Positions 8,930 through 17,798 of a DNA stretch of 38,983 bases are shown one piece after another. The translations under genes and the position numbers were made by a program. This DNA is from an uncultured Bacilli bacterium (GTDB taxonomy: Bacteria > Bacillota_I > Bacilli_A > RF39 > UBA660). The stretch covers positions 1-38,983 of the forward strand of contig CALVPN010000002.1 in NCBI GenBank assembly GCA_944351375.1, read 5' to 3'. Numbering within the stretch: position 1 is the stretch's first letter; each line of letters begins with the position of its first letter. The notes beneath the pieces were generated by a model. The model was not told the DNA's origin and searched no databases. It worked only from the letters and a program-made list of their open reading frames with translations.

Positions 8930-9549
8930 TTATTATTCCTCCTCATGGGTTGTAAGTGTTTCTCTAAAGAAACGATTATTTGCTAGTCCCTTCGCTCCAT
9001 GGTCGTTACTCATTTCATCACTACTATGAACTAGTCCGACTACTTATATATCTTTTGAATATCTTGGGTTAACCAAGTCCTTGCATATTCATTACCATTA
9101 CTATTAGTATTTTAAACCTTTTAGAATTAGGAATATATAAGTCCTCTCAGGTACGTATATAATAACTATGTAAAACTCGCCATGTCCTAAAGACCCCGAT
9201 AGATTTCTCATAATATCTCGCATTAACGATATTACCGATATTGCATACTGTGTAGGTGACCACATCTGCATCTATTTATTTATTATTTAACGAGGCTCAA
9301 TAACTTCACGCTTACGCATTACGGCTCGAATTCTTGTTTACCTACGCTTAAACCTAGTCTCACGATTTCGGCTCCAAGGCTAACTACTAGCTCTTTGCTA
9401 GAGATTACCAGGTCGGTTTCCCACCGACTATATTATATACGCCGAACTGACGCACCACCGTTTTAATTATAACAATTTTTATTAAAAAAATATATACAAA
9501 AAGCAAGATATTAGTGTAAAGATATGTTACAATTAAATGGGTGTTAAAT

Positions 9550-10149
9550 ATGAAGAAGAAAAAAGATAAGAAAAAATTAACTAAAAAACAAATGATTATA
9601 CTTATTATAGTTACTATTGTCTTAGGCACTTTATGTTATTTTATATCAACAGAGATTACTAAATCTATAATAGATCATAAAACTATGGAAGAGAGATTAA
9701 GGAATGAAGAGTATCCTGATTTAATAGAACCTGATACTATTAGTAATATTTCTTTAAATGATTTAATAAATAATTTTAATGAAATCAGTGCAGAAGATAT
9801 TGATATAAATAGTATAGTTGATAATAAAACAACTATGAATGATATAGAAATAGAATTTTGTCTTAATGAAGATAACGTTAGTATTATAAGTATTAATTTT
9901 AATAAAAAAAGTGATGCACAAGATATAATCACTGATATGATAATTGCAAATAATGAAAATATTACAGAAGAAACAACTACGCTCATATATGATAGAGTAT
10001 TCGAAACCTTAGGTAATACAAATGATAAAGAAAGTAAAACATCAGAGTTTTTTCAATATCAAGGGTTAGAATTTAGTTTAAAAGAATTTAAAGAAAAAAA
10101 TAAGTATAAGTATAGTTTTAGAATAGGTAGAATAATTGAAGAAGAATAA
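9550..10149 (+). CDS. hypothetical membrane-anchored protein
   Basis: Plus-strand ORF. ATG at 9550 follows a GGGTG SD-like element. Lys-rich N-terminus, then the helix MIILIIVTIVLGTLCYFI. A terminator follows at 10221. Confidence 0.6.
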   Translation: MKKKKDKKKLTKKQMIILIIVTIVLGTLCYFISTEITKSIIDHKTMEERLRNEEYPDLIEPDTISNISLNDLINNFNEISAEDIDINSIVDNKTTMNDIEIEFCLNEDNVSIISINFNKKSDAQDIITDMIIANNENITEETTTLIYDRVFETLGNTNDKESKTSEFFQYQGLEFSLKEFKEKNKYKYSFRIGRIIEEE

Positions 10150-10213
10150 GAAACAAAAAATTAAAAAATCTAGTTTGATTAAAGAGAAGAATATATTTAA
10201 GGACAAAAATTAC

Positions 10214-10250
10214 AAAAAAAGACAGTAATTTCAACAATTATTGTCTTTTT
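10214..10250. terminator. bidirectional rho-independent terminator
   Basis: GACAGTAATT (loop TCAAC) AATTATTGTC forms a 10-bp stem with one G-U pair. It is flanked by an A7 run on the left and a T5 run on the right, so it can terminate both the + ORF and minus-strand transcription from the 630-aa gene. Confidence 0.7.
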
Positions 10251-10260
10251 GTCATATATC

Positions 10261-10350
10261 TTATTTTATCCCTATAATCACGTTGTCATTGTAACTCTCG
10301 TTACCATTGTTGTTGACATACCGAACGGTTGACGAAGATTTTGGTAATCC
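10261..10350 (-). pseudogene. decayed, internally deleted third copy of the C-terminal lectin-module/cassette region (30 codons ending in TAA)
   Basis: The minus strand GGATTACCAAAATCTTCGTCAACCGTTCGGTATGTCAACAACAATGGTAACGAG... translates to GLPKSSSTVRYVNNNGNESYNDNVIIGIK*. This aligns with GLTKS[YWTLTPYS]SSHVRNLNYYGSANN...NVEI of the gene end. It has no start codon and lies in intergenic DNA. Confidence 0.55.
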
Positions 10351-10393
10351 CCTACTATAATTTATTTAAACTAATTATAGCCTAACTTAATTA

Positions 10394-10431
10394 GTCAACA
10401 ATCTAGAAAATACATTTCCTAGATTGCTGAC
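10394..10431 (-). other. 13-bp hairpin starting 2 nt after the stop codon of the 630-aa gene (no U-tract)
   Basis: Minus strand GTCAGCAATCTAG (12-nt loop) CTAGATTGTTGAC, with one G-U pair. It is followed by TAATTAAG, so it is not a canonical terminator. Confidence 0.7.
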
Positions 10432-10433
10432 AC

Positions 10434-12326
10434 CTAACTACCTAAAGTTAGAACAAATGGATCTGATTTTACACCTGTCCCTGAGGTTATCTCAACATTA
10501 GATTTTAGATTTATTGATGGACGGACGCCGCCAGCATCGGTCGGATTGTAGAGGTTGTTCGCGCTGCCGTAGTAGTTGAGGTTACGCACGTGAGACGAAC
10601 TATATGGTGTTAAGGTCCAATAAGATTTTGTTAATCCTGTACTAGAACTTCCTCCTTTAACTGCATATCTTTCAAATTGACCTGACATTAATTCACCTAA
10701 CCTTAGTAGACCCACTTTAGCATTAGTTGTGTTTGAAGTTGTACTACTCATATTGGTATCTGTATATTTTGCTAATTTATAACTTGTACCATTTCCTACT
10801 GTTCCTAGATACCATGTAGTATTATCTTCTATCATATTACTATATGCACTATCTACATAACTTGTTAGATAGTCTCCATTTAAAAATGTTCCTATAGTAT
10901 TACTATTAGAAAATGTTATATTACTTCCAAAAACACTTGTTACAAAGTTTCCAGAACTCTTTAATGGTTCGGCACTGACTATTTTTGTACCTACTCCGTT
11001 TTCATGACTTACTATTCTATAGAGATTATTTTCATCATTTCCAAAGCGAATGTATTCTCCACTATATCTAGTTGACAACAATGTTCCTGAAAGGTCTGTA
11101 TCGTTATCTCCATTTAAACGATATGGGTTATCTACTGTACCATCTCCATCTACGATTTTGACGTTAGATTTTAGATTTATTGATGGACGGACGCCGTAAG
11201 CAAAGGTGGGATTGTTGTTGTCCGCGTTGCCGTTGTAGTAGACGTTACGCACGTAAGACGAACTATATAGTGTTAAGGTCCACCAATCAAGTCCATTATT
11301 TAAATAACCGCTTCTATAAGTTGTTCCATTATAACTAGATTGATATTCATACATATTCAAAAGCCCTACTGCATTTGTGACCACTGTTGTTCCATTAGGT
11401 CTTGTTATACTTCCTAATTCTCTATCATCCATAGTTGCATCCCATACTGCATCCGTTACTATAAACTTTTCTGGATCTCTTAAATTACCTAAAAATCCAT
11501 CGACACTTGTATCATTTAACCACTCTTGCATATAACTTCCTTCAAAATCAGTATTATCACTTGAATTATAAGGTATTGCACTTATATTCCATTGTGTTAC
11601 TAACTTTACACTGTTATCACTTGGATCTATTGATACTGCCCTCCATAACTTTCCACTATACCAGATATAGTTATTTGGATCGTCTCCAGTTATAAAGGTT
11701 TGTTCTTCATCTGTTGTATTTATATTTTCTTCTGGTAAATTTCTTAATAAAACACTTGCAACACTTTTATCTTTTTCTTGACTTACTTCTACTCTTAACT
11801 TTCCACTAAATACTTGACCACTATAATTACCATCAACTTCACCTGTTATCCATAAGTTTAAACTATATTCATTTGTTTCTTTTCCTTCTATAGTCCCACT
11901 ATCTAATACTCTATTAGGATTACTTCCTATTGATGTTAAAAGCTTCGCTCCACTGCTTTCTCCATTCTTTACTAGATTATACTTTAAGAACTTATCATCT
12001 ATTCTAGTATCAGTATCACTTATAGTATTATCATCTAAATATATTATATAATCTACTGCTTTACTTCCATTATTTATTAATTTAAATGTTGAACCTTCTA
12101 GTGATAATCCTTCACTATCACTTATACCTATAGCATTATCTAGACTTATTCCTTCACTCGTCTCATCAAGTACTAAATCTAATGTTCCCACTTTTACTAC
12201 TTGATCTGTTCCAGATAACTGAGTTCTAAAAAAAGCATAACTTACTGCCATTATCAAAATTATAATGATTAATATACTTATTACTATTGTAATTATCTTT
12301 TTCTTTTTATCATCTTTCTTTTCCAT
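10434..12326 (-). CDS. secreted/surface protein: SipW-type signal plus TasA/camelysin-like N-domain, then two divergent lectin-like (DUF1566-like, ...YWTLT...GVRP) modules, each carrying a hypervariable cassette
   Basis: 630-aa ORF with a GAAGGAG SD. The N-terminus ...AVSYAFFRTQLSGTDQVVKVGTLDLVL resembles the TasA/CalY signal and mature start. Both modules end in ...SSS(H/Y)VRN...GVRPSINLKSNV. Confidence 0.85.
   Translation of the reverse strand: MEKKDDKKKKIITIVISILIIIILIMAVSYAFFRTQLSGTDQVVKVGTLDLVLDETSEGISLDNAIGISDSEGLSLEGSTFKLINNGSKAVDYIIYLDDNTISDTDTRIDDKFLKYNLVKNGESSGAKLLTSIGSNPNRVLDSGTIEGKETNEYSLNLWITGEVDGNYSGQVFSGKLRVEVSQEKDKSVASVLLRNLPEENINTTDEEQTFITGDDPNNYIWYSGKLWRAVSIDPSDNSVKLVTQWNISAIPYNSSDNTDFEGSYMQEWLNDTSVDGFLGNLRDPEKFIVTDAVWDATMDDRELGSITRPNGTTVVTNAVGLLNMYEYQSSYNGTTYRSGYLNNGLDWWTLTLYSSSYVRNVYYNGNADNNNPTFAYGVRPSINLKSNVKIVDGDGTVDNPYRLNGDNDTDLSGTLLSTRYSGEYIRFGNDENNLYRIVSHENGVGTKIVSAEPLKSSGNFVTSVFGSNITFSNSNTIGTFLNGDYLTSYVDSAYSNMIEDNTTWYLGTVGNGTSYKLAKYTDTNMSSTTSNTTNAKVGLLRLGELMSGQFERYAVKGGSSSTGLTKSYWTLTPYSSSHVRNLNYYGSANNLYNPTDAGGVRPSINLKSNVEITSGTGVKSDPFVLTLGS
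10498..10619 (-). repeat. VR-like cassette A (122 nt, C-terminal module)
   Basis: TGGACCTTAACACCATATAGTTCGTCTCACGTGCGTAACCTCAACTACTACGGCAGCGCGAACAACCTCTACAATCCGACCGATGCTGGCGGCGTCCGTCCATCAATAAATCTAAAATCTAA. By hand count about 59 of 122 nt are G/C, in an otherwise very AT-rich gene. Confidence 0.8.
11164..11282 (-). repeat. VR-like cassette B (119 nt, internal module)
   Basis: The flanks match cassette A exactly. There are about 14 substitutions plus one codon indel. Sequence outside the cassette is not alignable at DNA level. Confidence 0.8.
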
Positions 12327-12355
12327 AACTCGCTCCTTCTATACTATCTAATGAA

Positions 12356-12384
12356 ATATTATCATATTGAACTAAATAAATCAA
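12356..12384 (-). promoter_or_regulatory. sigma-70-like promoter for the 630-aa gene
   Basis: Minus strand TTGATT, 17-nt spacer, TAATAT, lying between the efp terminator and the GAAGGAG SD. Confidence 0.45.
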
Positions 12385-12399
12385 TTATAGAAAAGAAAA

Positions 12400-12421
12400 A
12401 ACAGTAACTTAAATTACTGTT
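12400..12421 (-). terminator. rho-independent terminator of efp
   Basis: Minus strand AACAGTAA (loop TTTAAG) TTACTGTT followed by TTTTTCTTTTC. Confidence 0.8.
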
Positions 12422-12979
12422 TTACGCACGAGATACATATTTACCATCTTTAGTACTTACTAAGATATCTTCATCTTGTTTAATAAATAATGGTACTTGA
12501 ATAGTCATACCTGTCTCTAACTCTGCATTTTTCATAGCACCACTTGATGTATTACCTTTAACTGCATCTTCTGTCTTTGTTACTTTCATAACTACTTTAT
12601 CAGGTAATGATAATCCTAACATCTCTCCTTCAAAGAAAGTAATTTCAACTTCTAAGTTTTCTTTTAGGTATTTAGTATCATCACCAATAACACTTTTATC
12701 AAGTTCTATTTGTTCATAGTCTGACATACTCATAAAATAATAAGTATCTCCCATAGAGTATAGAAATTGCATTGTTTTCTTAGAGATATGAGCAGTTTCT
12801 ACTTTAACTCCTGCATTAAATGTTTTCTCTACAATAGAACCTGTTCTTAAGTTTTTCATCTTAGCTTTTACTATTGCAGCACCTTTACCTGGTTTAACAT
12901 GTTGACTTTCAATTATAGTATAGATTCCACCTTCAAATTGAATAGTCATACCTGGTTTAAAATCATTTGAATTAACCAT
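12422..12979 (-). CDS. efp: elongation factor P
   Basis: 185 aa, DFKPGMTIQFEGGIYTIIESQHVKPGKGAAIVKAKMKNLRTG. Confidence 0.95.
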   Translation of the reverse strand: MVNSNDFKPGMTIQFEGGIYTIIESQHVKPGKGAAIVKAKMKNLRTGSIVEKTFNAGVKVETAHISKKTMQFLYSMGDTYYFMSMSDYEQIELDKSVIGDDTKYLKENLEVEITFFEGEMLGLSLPDKVVMKVTKTEDAVKGNTSSGAMKNAELETGMTIQVPLFIKQDEDILVSTKDGKYVSRA

Positions 12980-13006
12980 ATTATTACTCCTTTCTTATAG
13001 ACTTAA

Positions 13007-13027
13007 AACAGTCATTAAATGACTGTT
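13007..13027 (-). terminator. hairpin downstream of rpmG
   Basis: AACAGTCAT (3-nt loop) ATGACTGTT is a perfect 9-bp stem. On the minus strand it is followed by TTTAAG, a short U-tract. Confidence 0.5.
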
Positions 13028-13033
13028 ATATTA

Positions 13034-13201
13034 TTATTTTTTCTCTTTATGAGTTGTATGTTTACCACAGAATTTACAATATTTACTAATTTCCATTCTT
13101 CCTGGAGTATTATTTACATTTTTTTCTTCTCTATAATTCTCATTTCCACAAACTGAGCATACAAAAGTCTTCTTTTGTCTATGTCCTAATTTTTTTGCCA
13201 T
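13034..13201 (-). CDS. rpmG: 50S ribosomal protein L33 (not in the supplied ORF track)
   Basis: My translation is MAKKLGHRQKKTFVCSVCGNENYREEKNVNNTPGRMEISKYCKFCGKHTTHKEKK, with the CxxC...CxxC zinc ribbon typical of L33. A GGAGGG SD lies upstream. Confidence 0.85.
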   Translation of the reverse strand: MAKKLGHRQKKTFVCSVCGNENYREEKNVNNTPGRMEISKYCKFCGKHTTHKEKK

Positions 13202-13257
13202 GCGTTTTCCCTCCTTTTTTCTCTAGTAATTTTATCAAAGATTTTTAAATCTAGCAA

Positions 13258-14544
13258 CTATTTATTTAATTCTTTTAATAATTCAATAGTTTTTCTCATC
13301 TCCCCGTCATATTGAACCATCTCAATACCACCAAATTGATTTAAAAAGTCATCTAATTCCATTTGATAACGTTCAGCAAGTTTTTTAGCTTCTTCCATTG
13401 CTTCATCTTCTGATACTTCAATCTTTTCCATATTCATGATTTCTTCAAGCATTAAACGATATAATACGTTTTGATAAGCTTCTTTTTCAAGTTGATCTCT
13501 TAAATCTTTCTCAGTAGATTTAGTAACTTGATAATATAAATCTAAACTAATTCCTTGCATAGCCATTTGTTGTTCTGTTCTTCTAAGTAGTCTATCTGTT
13601 TCTTCATCTACCATTTCTTCTGGAATATCAACTTCTACATTTTTAGATACTGCTTCAAGTAATCTATCAATATAGTTATTTTCTTCTTCCATATCTTTAT
13701 TAGCTTTTATATTAGCTTCTATTTCTTTTCTAAGACTCTCTTCATCATTAACTCCTTCAATACCAAGATCGAAGAAGAAGTCTTCATCTAATTCTCTTTT
13801 TTCTTTAGTTTTAATTTCATGTACTTTTACTTTAAAAGTAGCATCAGCACCTTTTAAAGACTCTTCCATATAATCTTCTGGGAAAGTTACTTTGATTTCT
13901 TTTTCTTCACCAGACTTCATACCAATTAATTGTTCTTCAAATCCTGGAATAAAAGAACCACTACCTATTTCTAGAGAATAGTTTTCACCTTTTCCACCTT
14001 CGAAAGCAACACCATCTTTAAATCCTTCAAAGTCAATAACTGCAACATCACCGTTTTCTACTTTACCATTCTCATCTTTATTAACTAGTTCTTCATATCT
14101 TTCTAAAAGATGCCCTAACTCATGATCTACTTCTTCTTTAGTTACCTTAACTTCATTAGGCTTAATTCCTAAATCTCTATATTTACTAATTTTAACTTCA
14201 GGTTTAGTAATAATTTTAAAAGTAAAAGTAACACTCTTTTCATCTAAACTCTTTAAATTAGGTTCAGGTTGTACTACTGGTACTAAATCATTTTCTTCTA
14301 AAACTTTTGTATAAGCATTTTGTAATACTAAGTCAGCAGCATCTATTAAATAATCTTGTCCAAATTTCTTATCATAAATACTTTTAGGACATTTACCTTT
14401 TCTAAAACCGTCTACTTCAACTTTTTTAACTCTTTCTTTAAAAGCTTTATCAACAGCATCAGTCCATTCTTTTCCTTCTACTTTTATTTCAATATTGTGA
14501 TAGTTTTTCTTATTTGTTTCTTTTTTAGTTTCTTTCTTTTCCAT
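13258..14544 (-). CDS. tig: trigger factor
   Basis: Contains an FKBP-type PPIase core (DFEGFKDGVAFEGGKGENYSLEIGSGSFIPGFEEQLIGM). The start is moved to MEKKETKK at 14544, which follows a GGAGGA SD. Confidence 0.9.
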   Translation of the reverse strand: MEKKETKKETNKKNYHNIEIKVEGKEWTDAVDKAFKERVKKVEVDGFRKGKCPKSIYDKKFGQDYLIDAADLVLQNAYTKVLEENDLVPVVQPEPNLKSLDEKSVTFTFKIITKPEVKISKYRDLGIKPNEVKVTKEEVDHELGHLLERYEELVNKDENGKVENGDVAVIDFEGFKDGVAFEGGKGENYSLEIGSGSFIPGFEEQLIGMKSGEEKEIKVTFPEDYMEESLKGADATFKVKVHEIKTKEKRELDEDFFFDLGIEGVNDEESLRKEIEANIKANKDMEEENNYIDRLLEAVSKNVEVDIPEEMVDEETDRLLRRTEQQMAMQGISLDLYYQVTKSTEKDLRDQLEKEAYQNVLYRLMLEEIMNMEKIEVSEDEAMEEAKKLAERYQMELDDFLNQFGGIEMVQYDGEMRKTIELLKELNK

Positions 14545-14676
14545 AAATATTTCCTCCAATACGTTTCTTATTATATATGATAAACAATAGTTTTTCAACA
14601 ATAAATTCCCAACTTTTCCATAAAAAGGTCAAAATAACCAGAGACTTCTAGAGTTCTCTGATCTCAGGTTATAACA

Positions 14677-15702
14677 TTATTTTATAAACATAGCATCTCC
14701 AAAAGAGAAGAATCTATATTTTTCTTTAACTGCTGTATTATAAGCATTTAAGATATTATCTTTCCCCGCTATAGCAGATACTAACATGATTAAGGTTGAT
14801 TTAGGTAAATGGAAATTAGTTATAAGTCCATCTATACTTTTAACCTCTTTCCCTGGATAGATAAAGATATCAGTAAAACCAGAGTCTTCTCTAAACTCTC
14901 CAAACTTCTCATAAACTGTCTCTAATGTTCTAGTAGATGTTGTTCCAACTGCAATAATTCTTTTACCATTTTCTCTTGTTTTATTAAGAATATCTGCAAC
15001 GCTCTTACTTAATGAATAAAACTCACTATGCATTTTATGTTTAGTAACATCTTCTACTTTAACAGGTCTAAAAGTACCAAGTCCTACATGTAAAGTTAGA
15101 TAAACGACATTTATACCTTTTTCTTTTATTCTTTCAAGTAACTCTTCTGTAAAATGTAGCCCTGCAGTAGGAGCAGCTGAGCTTCCTACTTCTTTAGCAT
15201 ACACTGTCTGATATCTATCTTTATCTTCTAGTTTTTCATGAATATATGGAGGAAGTGGCATAGTACCAAGTTTATCTAATAATTCATAGAATATTCCTTC
15301 ATAACTTGCATCAAACACTCTAATACCTTCATCTTTTACTTCTGTACAGGTTAATTTTAATAGCCCATCACCAAAAGATACAACATCTCCTACATGAATA
15401 CGTCTAGCAGGTTTAACTAAACACTCCCATGTATCTCCTTCTTTATTTTTTAATAATAATACTTCAATAACCGCTTTAGTTTCCTCTTTTTCACCTATTA
15501 ATCTAGCAGGTAAAACTTTAGTATCATTTAATACTAAAGTATCTCCAGGATTAAGATAATCTATAATATCATAAAAATGTTTATGAACTAACTCTCCAGT
15601 TAACTTACTAAGTACCATAAGTCTTGAAGCATCTCTTTGTTTTATTGGTGTTTGTGCGATTAATTCTTCAGGTAAATTATAATCAAATTCTTCTATTTTC
15701 AT
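14677..15702 (-). CDS. queA: S-adenosylmethionine:tRNA ribosyltransferase-isomerase
   Basis: [31 protein letters not shown]... The start is placed at the internal Met (15702), as in QueA family N-termini. Confidence 0.92.
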   Translation of the reverse strand: MKIEEFDYNLPEELIAQTPIKQRDASRLMVLSKLTGELVHKHFYDIIDYLNPGDTLVLNDTKVLPARLIGEKEETKAVIEVLLLKNKEGDTWECLVKPARRIHVGDVVSFGDGLLKLTCTEVKDEGIRVFDASYEGIFYELLDKLGTMPLPPYIHEKLEDKDRYQTVYAKEVGSSAAPTAGLHFTEELLERIKEKGINVVYLTLHVGLGTFRPVKVEDVTKHKMHSEFYSLSKSVADILNKTRENGKRIIAVGTTSTRTLETVYEKFGEFREDSGFTDIFIYPGKEVKSIDGLITNFHLPKSTLIMLVSAIAGKDNILNAYNTAVKEKYRFFSFGDAMFIK

Positions 15703-16213
15703 GAGTATACCCCCTATCAAAACTAGCATTTTCTGCAAAACCTATTTTTTCTCTTCTCTCTTTACTAGTCTTATTAGTAAAGTCATCTAATATTTCATCA
15801 TCTTTTCCTTGGTAATAATCTAAATAACAACTCTTTTCAGGTAAATTATCTACTTTTTCAGATATTACATTTATTATTTTGGGTGATATTTTAGCATTAA
15901 CAAACTCTTCTAATTCATCACTATCATAATCACTCAAATAAAATCCTAGAAAATAAAGACTAGAAAGAGAATAATCATCATAATTATTAATTCTATTTAA
16001 AAAGGATATTAAACCTAATAAAAAACTAACTTTAGAATGATGTTCTACCTTTGCTTTTTTATACATTTCATTTACTTTAAGTATTATTTTTTGTTTATCT
16101 TCATCATGATCTTCACTACTCTTTAGATTGCCTAACCAAAAAGGAATTAATTTTTCATTATATTTATTAATTAATATTTCTCTATGCAACGAATCTATTA
16201 ATTCATTATACAT
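15683..16213 (-). CDS. hypothetical protein inserted between ruvB and queA
   Basis: 176-aa ORF that overlaps the ruvB stop by 8 nt and the queA start by about 20 nt. No recognised motif. Confidence 0.55.
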   Translation of the reverse strand: MYNELIDSLHREILINKYNEKLIPFWLGNLKSSEDHDEDKQKIILKVNEMYKKAKVEHHSKVSFLLGLISFLNRINNYDDYSLSSLYFLGFYLSDYDSDELEEFVNAKISPKIINVISEKVDNLPEKSCYLDYYQGKDDEILDDFTNKTSKERREKIGFAENASFDRGYTHENRRI

Positions 16214-17228
16214 CTAAATCCACTCCAAAAAGTCCTCCTTGGTAGTTTATATTAAGTTCCCTATAAGCTTTTTCTGTAACCATTCTACCTCGACTTGTTC
16301 TTTTTAGATATCCTTCTTGTAATAGATATGGTTCTATAACATCTTCTATTGTCGATGTCTCTTCTCCTATTGATGATGCTAGAGCATCTATTCCAACAGG
16401 TCCTCCATTAAATCTTTCAATAATTGCTTTTAATAATTGATGGTCAGTCTCATCAAGTCCACTCTTACCTACTTTTAATCTTTCTAAAGCTTTGTTCATA
16501 ACTTCTAAATCAACAGATTCTTTTTTATCTACTAAAGCAAAGTCTCTAACTCTTTTAAAGAGACGGTTGGCAATACGTGGTGTTCCTCTACTTCTTTTAG
16601 CAAGTTCTATAGCAGCATCATCATCTATAGGCATATCTAAAACTCTACTTGTTCTTTTAATAATCTCAGTTAACTCTTCTGTTGTATAAAATTTCAGTTT
16701 AGAAACAATACCAAAACGATCTCTAAGCGGTGCAGATAAATCTCCTGCTCTTGTCGTTGCCCCAACTAATGTAAACGGTGGTAAATCTATTTTAATACTA
16801 CGAGAACTTCCTTCTCCACCAATTATTATATCTAAAGTAAAGTCTTCCATAGCAGGATATAGTATTTCTTCTATAAATCTAGGCATTCTATGTATCTCAT
16901 CTATAAATAAGACATCTCCTGGTTCTAAAGTTGAAAGTATTGCTGCTAAATCTCCACTTTTTTCAATAGAAGGACCACTAGCAGTTTTAATATTAACACC
17001 AAGCTCTCTTGCAATAATAAAGGCAAGAGTTGTCTTACCTAATCCTGGAGGACCATATAATAAAACATGATCAAGTACTTCTCCTCTAATCTTACTAGCT
17101 TCTATAAAGACTCTAATATTTTCTTTTACTTCACTTTGTCCTATATATTCATCTAATACTTCAGGTCTAATAGTATTATCTACTACACCATCATCAACTA
17201 ACTCTTCACCTGTTACTATTCTTTCCAT
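16206..17228 (-). CDS. ruvB: Holliday junction branch migration DNA helicase RuvB
   Basis: Walker A motif [14 protein letters not shown], plus FIDEIHR and the RuvB C-terminal domain. Confidence 0.96.
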   Translation of the reverse strand: MERIVTGEELVDDGVVDNTIRPEVLDEYIGQSEVKENIRVFIEASKIRGEVLDHVLLYGPPGLGKTTLAFIIARELGVNIKTASGPSIEKSGDLAAILSTLEPGDVLFIDEIHRMPRFIEEILYPAMEDFTLDIIIGGEGSSRSIKIDLPPFTLVGATTRAGDLSAPLRDRFGIVSKLKFYTTEELTEIIKRTSRVLDMPIDDDAAIELAKRSRGTPRIANRLFKRVRDFALVDKKESVDLEVMNKALERLKVGKSGLDETDHQLLKAIIERFNGGPVGIDALASSIGEETSTIEDVIEPYLLQEGYLKRTSRGRMVTEKAYRELNINYQGGLFGVDLDV

Positions 17229-17236
17229 TTAAACAC

Positions 17237-17797
17237 CTACTTTAATAATAATTTTAAGGCTTCTTTTATCTGGTCTTCTATACTTAAAGAAGAATCTATC
17301 TTCAAGATAATACTTTTTATTTCTTTATCTTTATAACCAAGTCCAAGTAATGCTTCTCTTAACTCTTCACTTGTATCTATCACTTTCTCATCACCAGCTG
17401 TTAAATCATCTAGTTTTCCCTTCAAATCAAGAATCATCTGCTTAGCAAGTTTCTCTCCTATTTTAGGGAACTTCTTTAGATAAAGAATATTTTCTCTATT
17501 AATCGCATCACTAATTCCATTAATAGAACCAGTAGCGATAATAGGTAGAGCCATTTTAGGTCCAAGTCCTTTAACACCAATAAGTTTTAAGAACAGATCT
17601 TTTTCTTCTTTAGTTTTAAACCCAAACAAACTATGTTCATCTTCTTTTATTTGTTGATATAAATAGACTTTGTATTCACTACCTTCTACAAAGGCAAAAG
17701 GATTAGGTGTATTAATAAGATAACCTATTCCATTATTTTCTAAGACAATAGCATTAGACATTACTTCCGTTACTTTACCTATAATATAACTATACAT
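17237..17797 (-). CDS. ruvA: Holliday junction DNA helicase RuvA
   Basis: 186 aa. MYSYIIGKV...GIGY N-terminus and the helix-hairpin-helix motif LIGVKGLGPKMAL. Confidence 0.92.
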   Translation of the reverse strand: MYSYIIGKVTEVMSNAIVLENNGIGYLINTPNPFAFVEGSEYKVYLYQQIKEDEHSLFGFKTKEEKDLFLKLIGVKGLGPKMALPIIATGSINGISDAINRENILYLKKFPKIGEKLAKQMILDLKGKLDDLTAGDEKVIDTSEELREALLGLGYKDKEIKSIILKIDSSLSIEDQIKEALKLLLK

Positions 17798-17798
17798 C

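Larger units (their letters stand above)
7583..9455 (-). mobile_element. bacterial group II intron, about 1.9 kb, ORF in domain IV, no endonuclease domain; 3' boundary uncertain (7583, or 7543/7541)
   Basis: The minus strand starts GTGCGTCAGTTCGGCG at 9455. A structured, GC-richer 5' segment spans 8930..9455. The RT/maturase ORF is at 7658..8929, domain V at 7614..7646, and a domain VI-like hairpin at 7585..7612. Confidence 0.85.

Noticed and set aside
10261-10350. The intergenic AAC-rich copy as the functional template repeat for the two cassettes
   Set aside because: It mismatches the cassettes at many non-adenine and synonymous sites, and it is missing 24 nt plus the GVRPSINL-coding block. 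TR/VR pairs differ essentially only at TR adenines.
12422-12436. Short match of TTACGCACG at the efp stop to the VR cassettes (GTTACGCACGTGAGAC)
   Set aside because: Only about 9-13 nt match and the sequence is explained by the efp C-terminal codons (SRA stop). I judge it coincidental.
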